Notes under the pieces: model-generated
What the model saw: the letters and a program-made list of their open reading frames with translations, nothing else
What the model was told of the DNA's origin: nothing
Databases searched by the model: none
Shown here: positions 56,386 to 64,000 of the stretch, one piece after another
Position numbering within the stretch: the stretch's first letter is position 1
Layout: every line of letters starts with the position of its first letter
From: Candidatus Woesearchaeota archaeon
GTDB lineage: Archaea > Nanobdellota > Nanobdellia > Woesearchaeales > GW2011-AR4
NCBI GenBank assembly: GCA_016184145.1
Contig: JACPDF010000023.1
Location: 1,229-65,228 of the forward strand
Reading direction: 5' to 3'
DNA length: 64,000 bases
Program-made: the position numbers and the translations under genes

Positions 56386-57069
56386 ATGATGAAAGACACA
56401 ATAATAAAGCTGGACAATGTCTGGAAGATATACCAGATGGGAGAAGTCAAGGTGGAGGCTTTGAGAGGCTTAAGCCTTGAGATAAGGAAAGGCGAGTTTG
56501 TAGCGATAATGGGCCCCTCTGGAAGCGGAAAATCAACCGCTGTCAATATGATTGGCTGCCTGGATGTACCTACAAAAGGCCATATATACCTTGATCAGCA
56601 CGATATCTCAAAGCTTTCAGAATCAGATTTAGCGCAGATAAGGGGGAGAAAAATAGGGTTCATATTCCAGCAGTTCAATCTGCTGAACACATTAACGGCA
56701 TTGGAAAACGTTGCGTTGCCCATGCTTTTTCAGAATACCGACAGGGAAAAAAGATTAGAAACGGCTAAAAAGCTTCTGGAAATGGTAGAGCTTGGAGACA
56801 GGATGCAGCATAAGCCGAATGAACTTAGCGGAGGCCAGCAGCAGAGGGTTGCAATAGCAAGAAGCCTTTCAAATAACCCGGAAGTTGTTTTGGCAGACGA
56901 GCCTACCGGCAACCTAGACTCAAAAACAGGGGAGATTGTAATAAGGTTTTTAGAAAAACTTAATAAGGAAGGAAAAACTATAATAATGGTAAGCCATGAT
57001 GCAAATGTCGCAAGGCATGCGCAAAGGATTGAGCACCTCAAGGATGGAAGGGTAGTGAAAAGAGGCTAA
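56386..57069 (+). CDS. ABC transporter ATP-binding protein (LolD/MacB type)
   Basis: GPSGSGKS, LSGGQQQR, LADEPTGNLD, SHD. Confidence 0.96.
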   Translation: MMKDTIIKLDNVWKIYQMGEVKVEALRGLSLEIRKGEFVAIMGPSGSGKSTAVNMIGCLDVPTKGHIYLDQHDISKLSESDLAQIRGRKIGFIFQQFNLLNTLTALENVALPMLFQNTDREKRLETAKKLLEMVELGDRMQHKPNELSGGQQQRVAIARSLSNNPEVVLADEPTGNLDSKTGEIVIRFLEKLNKEGKTIIMVSHDANVARHAQRIEHLKDGRVVKRG

Positions 57070-57076
57070 CAATAAG

Positions 57077-58324
57077 ATGAGAAAAGAATTGTCAGTATTT
57101 TTTATTGCATTGCTGTTTTTTTCTTCAGCTTTTGCAGTTTTAGCAGCACAGAAAACATACAGGCCTGCAAAGATATATGATATAGCTGTTACTTTGGTTA
57201 ACCAGGAGCCTGACCCTGCAGAGCCTGGAAAGTATGTTGATGTGAGGTTCAAGTTCGACAATAACGGCACAGGAGAGGCAAGAAATGTTATAGTGGAATT
57301 GCTGCCAGAATACCCATTCTCATTGGATACTGGAGTAAATGCTATAAGGAATCTTGGGACCATACAGAGCATGCAAAGAGGGGATGTAGGGGTTATTGTA
57401 AAGTACAGGCTGAGAGTTGACGAGAATGCTGTTGAGGGGGAAAACGACCTTAAGATAAGGTACAAGATAGAAGGATACTCGTGGATAGAGCCTGAAGAAT
57501 TCAAAGTTGATGTTCAGACGCATGATGCAGTTCTCTCTGTAAATTCCGTAAGCATAGGTGAAAAGATCCTGCAGCCAGGAGCAAGCAACACTGTAAAAAT
57601 AATGGTGTCAAATGAAGCCGACTCCGCATTAAAAGACATAAAGGCAAGGCTGGAGCTAGGAGGCCTGCCTTTCATACCGTTAGGCTCGACAAACGAGAAA
57701 AGCATCTACAAAATTGATTCAATGGAAAGCTATGAGTTTGATTTTGAAATACTGGCTAATCCGGAAGCCGCTTCAGGAGCCTACCAGGTGCCGTTAAAAA
57801 TAACTTACTCTGACGAGCTTGGAAAACCATATTCCAAAAACAGCACAATAGGGCTTATTGTAGGAGCCAGGCCAGATATAAGCGTCACATTGGACGCTAC
57901 CGAGGTTTATGAAACCAAAAAGCCTGGAGAGATAGTCATAAAAGTTGTGAACAAGGGAGTTACCGACATAAAATTTGCAAATGTAAAGCTCATGCCCAGC
58001 AAAGACTACAGGATATTGTCGAATGATGAGGACTATCTTGGGAATATAGACTCTGACGACTATGAAACAGCAGAGTTCAAGATTTATGTGGAAAATAAAA
58101 AAGACAAAAAAGTAATTCTTCCAATAAGCATCGAGTATATGGATGCGAATAATAATGAATACAAGACAGATATGAACATTGAAATGCCTTTATACAGCGC
58201 ATCAGAGGCCAAAAAGCTTGGATTAGCAGCAGGAAACGGAAAGATTGGCTTTTTTATTGTAGTTCTTATAGTTGCAGCAGGGCTGTTTGCCTACAGAAGA
58301 TGGAAAAGAAGCAGGAAGAAATAA
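57077..58324 (+). CDS. COG1361-type S-layer-domain protein
   Basis: Signal peptide, QEPDPAEPGKYV, three Ig-like domains, YLGNIDSDDYETAEF, C-terminal TM helix; lies within the ABC operon. Confidence 0.85.
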   Translation: MRKELSVFFIALLFFSSAFAVLAAQKTYRPAKIYDIAVTLVNQEPDPAEPGKYVDVRFKFDNNGTGEARNVIVELLPEYPFSLDTGVNAIRNLGTIQSMQRGDVGVIVKYRLRVDENAVEGENDLKIRYKIEGYSWIEPEEFKVDVQTHDAVLSVNSVSIGEKILQPGASNTVKIMVSNEADSALKDIKARLELGGLPFIPLGSTNEKSIYKIDSMESYEFDFEILANPEAASGAYQVPLKITYSDELGKPYSKNSTIGLIVGARPDISVTLDATEVYETKKPGEIVIKVVNKGVTDIKFANVKLMPSKDYRILSNDEDYLGNIDSDDYETAEFKIYVENKKDKKVILPISIEYMDANNNEYKTDMNIEMPLYSASEAKKLGLAAGNGKIGFFIVVLIVAAGLFAYRRWKRSRKK

Positions 58325-58335
58325 TGGCTTTTCCT

Positions 58336-58478
58336 GTACTAAAACAACGGAATTCCACCATTGGTGGAATGAGTAGTGCTCAAAAACCACCATCATTGGT
58401 GGAATTCCGAGTATCAAAAACCATTGAATATGAAACTAATGAAAACATGCCACTGGTCTTTGACTGGTGGTTTTTGAC
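58336..58478 (-). mobile_element. Expanded family-C element, reverse orientation
   Basis: Reverse complement GTCAAAAACCACCAGTC-AAA-GACCAGTGGCATG...TGGTTTTTGA..GGAATTCCACCA...TGGTGGAATTCC. Confidence 0.65.
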
Positions 58479-58480
58479 AA

Positions 58481-59704
58481 ATGATCAAAGATTATTTTAT
58501 TTTCTCTGTTAAGAACCTCAGGAACAGAAAGCTGAGGTCATGGCTGACTATGATTGGCATAATCATTGGCATAACAGCAGTTGTTTCGCTCATAAGCATG
58601 GGGCAGGGATTAAAGACCGCAATAAGCCTGCAGTTTGGAGACCTGGGAACGGACAAACTTGCTGTCCAGGCTTCTGGCGGCTTTGGACCTCCTGGCACAG
58701 CGGTTGTAAATCCTCTAACAAAAGACAACCTTGAGGAAGTAAAGAAAGTAAGCGGCGTAAAAATAGCTGCTGGAAGATTGATAAAGCCGGGAAAAATAGA
58801 GCAGGATGATCATGCCACTTTTAGCTATGTTGCAAGCATGCCTGACAGGGAAGCAAGAAAGCTGATCCATGAAGCGCAGAATCTGGAAGCAGAATCCGGA
58901 AGATTGCTTAAGGATGGAGACAAGGGAAAGGTCGTGCTGGGAAGCAATCTTGGAAAAAAAGATGCGGGCCTGGGAAAGCAGGTTGTTGTCGGCTCTAAGA
59001 TAATTATCGAGGGCAAGGAATTTGAAGTGGTGGGCATATTAAAAAAACTGGGAAGCTTTATTCTTGACAATGTAGTCTTTATGAATGAGGATGATTTAAG
59101 GGATGTGATGGACGTTCCTGACAAGGATTATGATGTGATTGTGATACAGGTGCAGCAGAACGCAGATGTAGCTGCTGTCCAGCAACGAGTTGAGAAAGTA
59201 ATGAGGAATGAAAGGGGTGTAAAGGAAGGGGAAGAGGATTTTACTGTGCAAACCCCGCAGGCGATTCTTGGGCAGGTAACTTCAACTTTATTTGCTGTCC
59301 AGCTGTTTGTCTACATAATTGCAGGCATTTCAATAATTGTGGGAGGCATAGGCATAATGAACACCATGTTCACATCAGTTCTTGAAAGGACCAAGGAAAT
59401 AGGGATAATGAAATCAATAGGCGCAAGGAACAGCTCAGTATTTTCCCTGTTTTTTATAGAATCAGGATTAATTGGAAGCATTGGCGGAATTATTGGAGCA
59501 GTTTTTGGAGTTTTGATGGCGTTAGGGCTCGCATTCATTGGAAAATCCCTTTTAGGCACTGATCTTATAAGAGCAGAGATAAGCCCCTGGCTTGTGCTTG
59601 GCTCGGTTTTAGGCTCATTCATATTGGGGAGCTTATTTGGGATTTTGCCAGCTATAAAAGCTGCAAAATTAAATCCTGTTGACGCGCTGAGGTATGCAAA
59701 ATAA
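58481..59704 (+). CDS. MacB/FtsX-type ABC permease
   Basis: RSWLTMIGIIIG, periplasmic domain, GIMNTM..SVLERTKEIGIMKSIGA, PVDALR. Confidence 0.93.
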   Translation: MIKDYFIFSVKNLRNRKLRSWLTMIGIIIGITAVVSLISMGQGLKTAISLQFGDLGTDKLAVQASGGFGPPGTAVVNPLTKDNLEEVKKVSGVKIAAGRLIKPGKIEQDDHATFSYVASMPDREARKLIHEAQNLEAESGRLLKDGDKGKVVLGSNLGKKDAGLGKQVVVGSKIIIEGKEFEVVGILKKLGSFILDNVVFMNEDDLRDVMDVPDKDYDVIVIQVQQNADVAAVQQRVEKVMRNERGVKEGEEDFTVQTPQAILGQVTSTLFAVQLFVYIIAGISIIVGGIGIMNTMFTSVLERTKEIGIMKSIGARNSSVFSLFFIESGLIGSIGGIIGAVFGVLMALGLAFIGKSLLGTDLIRAEISPWLVLGSVLGSFILGSLFGILPAIKAAKLNPVDALRYAK

Positions 59705-59705
59705 A

Positions 59706-60926
59706 ATGCTGCAAGATGTAATAATTTATGTCGTGAAGAGCATGAAAAACAGGATGATGAGAAGCATCCTTACCATAGTTTCCATACTCATAGGCATAAT
59801 GGCGATTTTTGCTTTAGTAAGCTTTGGCCAGGGTTTAAGTTCATATGTAAACCAAATTGGCCAAGAGGCGGGAGCAGACAAGCTCATAGCCCAGCCAAGG
59901 GGCTTTGGACCTCCAGGAACATCCAGTACTCCTCTGACAAAAGATGACTTGGATTTCATCAAGAAGGTAAAGGATGTTTCTGAAGCCAGTGGCGTGGTAA
60001 TGCAGCAAGCAGAAATTTCTTTAGATGTTGACAAGCCGGGAAAATGGGTTTTTGTCATGGGGATGTCTACTATACCTTCTGAGCAGAGGCTGATAGACGA
60101 GTCCTTTGGAGGCATTGATATACTAAAAGGCAGGAATCTCAAGAGCGGAGACAAAAATAAGGCTGTTATAGGATATAATTACCAGTTTGCTGACAAAATC
60201 TTTTCAAAGCCTTTGAAATTAGGGGATAAGATATTCGTAAACGATGTTGAGTTCAAGATAATAGGTTTTTATGAAGAGATTGGAAATTCGCAGGATGATT
60301 CCAACTTCTACATAACGATTAATGATGCGGAAGAGCTTTTCAGCAAGAAGGATGAATATGCCTTTATCTACATAAGGGCTGACAAGGGTGTAAATCCGTC
60401 AGAACTTGCTGCAAAGCTCGAAGAGAAATTAAGGAAAGAGAAAAACCAGAAAGAAGGTGAAGAGACATTTTTCATACAGACCTTTGAGCAATTGCTTGAG
60501 ACCTTTGGCACCATATTGCTCGTGCTCAATGCTGTTTTGGCGATTATTGCAGGAATTTCTGTCTTGGTTGCTGCCGTCAACATAACGAACACAATGTACA
60601 CTGCAGTTCTTGAAAGGACCAAGGAAATAGGGATAATGAAATCAATTGGCGCAAGGAACAGCACAATACTTTTTATATTTTTCATGGAATCAGGCGCTAT
60701 TGGGCTTATAGGGGGAGCTATCGGAATATTGCTTGGCTATGGGCTTGCAAAATTAGGTGGCCTTTTTGCGGCATCTGCTGGATTCGCCCTTTTGAAGCCC
60801 GCATTTCCATGGTGGCTCATTGTTGGCAGCCTTATGTTTTCTTTTGCTGTAGGAGCTGCTTCCGGTTTCCTGCCGGCAAGGGCAGCATCTAAGCTGAAGC
60901 CGGTTGATGCTTTGAGGTACGAATAA
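59706..60926 (+). CDS. MacB/FtsX-type ABC permease (paralog)
   Basis: RSILTIVSILIG, NTMYTAVLERTKEIG, PVDALRYE; alternative start at 59694. Confidence 0.93.
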   Translation: MLQDVIIYVVKSMKNRMMRSILTIVSILIGIMAIFALVSFGQGLSSYVNQIGQEAGADKLIAQPRGFGPPGTSSTPLTKDDLDFIKKVKDVSEASGVVMQQAEISLDVDKPGKWVFVMGMSTIPSEQRLIDESFGGIDILKGRNLKSGDKNKAVIGYNYQFADKIFSKPLKLGDKIFVNDVEFKIIGFYEEIGNSQDDSNFYITINDAEELFSKKDEYAFIYIRADKGVNPSELAAKLEEKLRKEKNQKEGEETFFIQTFEQLLETFGTILLVLNAVLAIIAGISVLVAAVNITNTMYTAVLERTKEIGIMKSIGARNSTILFIFFMESGAIGLIGGAIGILLGYGLAKLGGLFAASAGFALLKPAFPWWLIVGSLMFSFAVGAASGFLPARAASKLKPVDALRYE

Positions 60927-60945
60927 AAAATTTTGTAATGTGACA

Positions 60946-61998
60946 ATGAAAAGAAAAAATATTGTTTTTTTGGCAATTGCCGTATTTCTTATTATTGCTT
61001 TTTATCTTATATTATCCAAAGATGGAAAAGAAGATTTGGAGGCGGAAATATTGGTTGAAAATTTAGATACTCCTTGGGCAATAGATTTTTTGCCTGATGG
61101 CAACATGGTTTTTACTGAAAGGCCTGGAAAAGTAAGCACTTATGATTTTGGCAAGAAAGAAAGGATTGTAATTGCAGAGATTCCAGCCAGCGAAATCTCG
61201 GAAAGCGGCCTGATGGGTATTGCTGTCGACCCTGAATTCGAAGAAAATAAGCTTGTTTACCTGTATTACACTTATGAAGATAATGGCACATGGAACAGGA
61301 TTTCCAGATACAAGCTTGAATCCAACAGATTAGTAGATGAGAAAATCTTATTGGACAAAATTCCTGCAGCAAGATTTCATGATGGCGGCAGACTAAAATT
61401 CGGCCCTGATGGAAAGCTTTATGCAACAACAGGGGATGCCACAGTGCCATCGAGTTCGCAGGACACAAATTCCCTGTCCGGGAAAATATTGAGGCTTGAC
61501 AAAGACGGAGCCGTTCCTGCAGATAATCCATTCGGCAACTATGTCTATTCTTACGGCCACAGAAATCCCCAGGGCCTGGCATGGAACGCCGACAAGCAGA
61601 TGTATGCTTCGGAGCACGGCCAAACACAAAATGATGAAATTAATATAATCAAGAAAGGGGAAAATTATGGATGGCCGACTGAATGCGATGAGCCTTCTGA
61701 TTACACATATCCTATAAGATGCTATACAGAATTCACGCTTGCACCTGCCGGCATTGCATTCTATAAAAATGATTTGTATGTAGCTGCTTTGCGGGGAACT
61801 CAATTAAGAAAAATTGTTTTTGATGAAAATTATGAAACAATCCTGAATGAAGAGGAATTGTTTAGCAATATGGGAAGAATTAGGGAAGCGGTTGAGTACG
61901 CTGGCTACCTTTATATTTCCACATCCAATAATGATGGCAGAGGAATACCAGCAGCTAACGATGATAGAATTATAAGAATAAGGATATTGCAAGGCTAG
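60946..61998 (+). CDS. PQQ-dependent glucose/sorbosone dehydrogenase family
   Basis: PWAIDFLPDG, HDGGRLKFGPDG, GKILR, SYGHRNPQG, GRIR. Confidence 0.92.
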   Translation: MKRKNIVFLAIAVFLIIAFYLILSKDGKEDLEAEILVENLDTPWAIDFLPDGNMVFTERPGKVSTYDFGKKERIVIAEIPASEISESGLMGIAVDPEFEENKLVYLYYTYEDNGTWNRISRYKLESNRLVDEKILLDKIPAARFHDGGRLKFGPDGKLYATTGDATVPSSSQDTNSLSGKILRLDKDGAVPADNPFGNYVYSYGHRNPQGLAWNADKQMYASEHGQTQNDEINIIKKGENYGWPTECDEPSDYTYPIRCYTEFTLAPAGIAFYKNDLYVAALRGTQLRKIVFDENYETILNEEELFSNMGRIREAVEYAGYLYISTSNNDGRGIPAANDDRIIRIRILQG

Positions 61999-62007
61999 GA
62001 TGGAAAA

Positions 62008-62466
62008 ATGGACACTTTAGCTCATGCGTTGTGGTCTTACATAATCTTCCATAATTACGAATTTGTATGGTGGGCTGTCTTGTTTGGAATGCTGCCAGAT
62101 TTGTTATCATGGACTGTGTTTATGTTTTTTCCAAAGAAGAACGGCTTTAACTGGAAGAAAAAACCAGACTTAAGCTTGATACCAAAATGGGTTTTCACTT
62201 TGTATGGGATAACTCACAGCATTTTTTTTATAGGGGCTGCTTTTTTTATTGTTTTTTTGATTTATGGTTTTTTGCCGCTGTTCCTATTGGCATGGCCGAT
62301 TCATGTGCTGATTGACATTCCAACCCACAAAAGGGATTTTTTGCCGACTCCGTTTTTGTGGCCTTTTTCCGATTACAAATTTCCTGGCATAAGCTGGGCC
62401 AATAAGTATTTTATGATCGCAAATTATTCATTGATAATATTTTTTCTCATTTACATTAATTTATAG
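62008..62466 (+). CDS. Membrane-bound metal-dependent hydrolase-like protein
   Basis: AH, LPDL, THS, HVLIDIPTH, WPF motifs. Confidence 0.8.
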   Translation: MDTLAHALWSYIIFHNYEFVWWAVLFGMLPDLLSWTVFMFFPKKNGFNWKKKPDLSLIPKWVFTLYGITHSIFFIGAAFFIVFLIYGFLPLFLLAWPIHVLIDIPTHKRDFLPTPFLWPFSDYKFPGISWANKYFMIANYSLIIFFLIYINL

Positions 62467-63445
62467 AAATCAGATTATTTTTCTTCATTACTCTTAGGTA
62501 TTCTTCAATTTTATTTATTGTATTATTTTTTAATTCATTGCCTAAATCCAATTTTTTAATTTCATTGAAGTCTATTATCGGCATTTGTGTGAAAGTCCCT
62601 TCCAATTGGTAGCCGGAATTTTTTATTTCCTCCTCTATTGTTTTTGCAAAATTGGTGTTGAACAGCTTTATTGCAGGAAACTTTGTTATTGCATTTGCTC
62701 CTGCGCTAAGCATCGCGCTTATGTGGCCAACGCGGTTTACCCACGGCCCAGCAACAATATCCAGATTTGGAAATTCGCCTCTTGTCATTTTAATCCATTC
62801 CAGGTAATAATCGATTTCCGGGCCTTTGGACTCCTCAAACATTGTTCCCTGTATAGGGTTTAATGCATAGAAAACCACTTTATCAATTTTGCTTTTATTA
62901 ATAAAATTTTTTAATGAATCGAAGTCGTCTATTGTTTCTCCAATTCCAACAATGAACGTCATTGCCTTTTTGAGGCTGTATTTTTCGCATGTTTTGAACA
63001 TGTTTTCTATCGGCCTTAATGGCTTGTTTGGAGCTGTAATTTTGTGGATTTTTTCATTGGTTGTTTCAACGGCTCCATAAATCCCTTTAAGATAAGGCTC
63101 TAATACAGCTATTGTTTTCTCTGGAAGAACGCCAATATTGAGCCAGAATTTGTCCCCGTAGATTTCATATACGTTTTTTGCCAATTCTAAAATTGATTCA
63201 TGAGTGTAGCTTCCGTAGCCTGCTGCTAAATTTCCCAGCTTCCAGCCAAGTTTTTTGCACAAATAAGCTTCAGCTAAAATTGATGCCATGCTTCTTTTTG
63301 CTTTTTTGGGGTCAGAAATAAGGTTTTTCTGCGTGCTCATATAGCAGTAAGCGCAGTCTCCCAAAGAGCAGTACCATGAGATGAATATAGCGCGCTCAAA
63401 GCGGATTTTGTTTGTTTTATTTTTTCCTATCAATATATTTTCCAT
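62456..63445 (-). CDS. BioB-like radical SAM protein (CX4CX2C)
   Basis: ERAIFISWYCSLGDCAYC, ET, IVGIGET, LNPIQGT, AGAN. Confidence 0.8.
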   Translation of the reverse strand: MENILIGKNKTNKIRFERAIFISWYCSLGDCAYCYMSTQKNLISDPKKAKRSMASILAEAYLCKKLGWKLGNLAAGYGSYTHESILELAKNVYEIYGDKFWLNIGVLPEKTIAVLEPYLKGIYGAVETTNEKIHKITAPNKPLRPIENMFKTCEKYSLKKAMTFIVGIGETIDDFDSLKNFINKSKIDKVVFYALNPIQGTMFEESKGPEIDYYLEWIKMTRGEFPNLDIVAGPWVNRVGHISAMLSAGANAITKFPAIKLFNTNFAKTIEEEIKNSGYQLEGTFTQMPIIDFNEIKKLDLGNELKNNTINKIEEYLRVMKKNNLISIN

Positions 63446-63490
63446 GAATGCTTTAGAAAAAAATTATTGTTTAAAAAGGTTTAGAATAAA

Positions 63491-64000
63491 TTACTTGCTG
63501 GCTTCCCTTTCCCTCAAAACATTTTTCTGCACCTTGCCCATTGAGTTTTTCGGCAAAGCATCTATGAATTCGACATATTTTGGCTTTTTGTAGCTTGCAA
63601 GCTTTTCCTTGCAGTATGCTATTATCTCCTCTTCAGCTGCTTTTTTGCCTTTTTTCAGCACAACAAAAACCTTGACAGCTTCCCCGAAATACTTGTCAGG
63701 CACGCCAATAATAGCGCTCTCCAAGACAGCAGGATGGGAATTGACAACTTCCTCAACTTCTGCAGGGTAAATATTCAAGCCGCCGGAGATTATTAAATCC
63801 TTGCTTCTGCCAAGAAAAGTAATATATCCGTCGTTGTCTATTTTTCCCACATCTCCGGTTATAAACCAACCGTCATGAAAGCTTTCCTTTGTTTTTTCAG
63901 GAGCGTTCCAATAGCCTTTGAAAACGTTAGGGCCTTTGATCAGTATGTCCCCTTCCCTGCCTTTCGGAACTTCCCTGAAATTCTTGCCTACTATCTTTAC
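63491..64000 (-). CDS. Acyl-CoA synthetase / AMP-binding enzyme (C-terminal part; start outside the window)
   Basis: KGPNVFKGYW, GWFITGD, GRSKDLIISGGLNIYP.EVE, PKNSMGKV. Confidence 0.92.
   Translation of the reverse strand, partial: VKIVGKNFREVPKGREGDILIKGPNVFKGYWNAPEKTKESFHDGWFITGDVGKIDNDGYITFLGRSKDLIISGGLNIYPAEVEEVVNSHPAVLESAIIGVPDKYFGEAVKVFVVLKKGKKAAEEEIIAYCKEKLASYKKPKYVEFIDALPKNSMGKVQKNVLREREASK

Noticed and set aside
54325-58478. CCACCA/TGGTGG repeats as a mini-CRISPR array
   Set aside because: They are inverted and nested rather than regularly spaced direct repeats, and no cas genes are present.

Overview
AT-rich chromosomal segment of an archaeon, most likely a DPANN/Woesearchaeota-like lineage. 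This is an inference from archaeal markers (eL42/L44e, eS27, aIF2-alpha, Nop10, Nop5, fibrillarin, prefoldin-alpha, GINS, a Methanococcus-type S-layer protein) mixed with bacterial-type ThrRS, dPGM, a ROK kinase and class I PRPP synthase. Coding content: an AbrB-vWA-vWA-MoxR-DUF58 operon, CorA, two GT-C-like membrane proteins beside the S-layer gene, the GINS-L44e-S27e-aIF2a-Nop10-PAC2 cluster, eno/gpmA, ftsY/pfdA/prs/scpA, nop5/fibrillarin, UbiB kinase plus a phasin-like protein, pyrH/pyrG, secDF, a MacB-type ABC system and four toxin-antitoxin-type modules. I found no tRNA, rRNA, CRISPR array, integrase or transposase. The unusual signals are non-coding or architectural. (1) A HicBA cassette and a tiny hairpin each sit between two diverged copies of a host gene 3' end (ftsY, DUF58), with no recombinase nearby. 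(2) A dispersed ~190-bp repeat has an invariant GCGTTTTTGC-N17-GCAAAAACGC core and always follows the direction of transcription. (3) Many MITE/hairpin elements occur in collapsed and expanded (nested) forms; one is read in frame inside enolase. (4) dif-like 11-6-11 sites bound cargo genes near thrS. (5) A 1739-aa surface protein carries copies of the S-layer core spliced into the same loop of two Ig-like domains. All protein calls come from motif recognition by eye; no database search was run.
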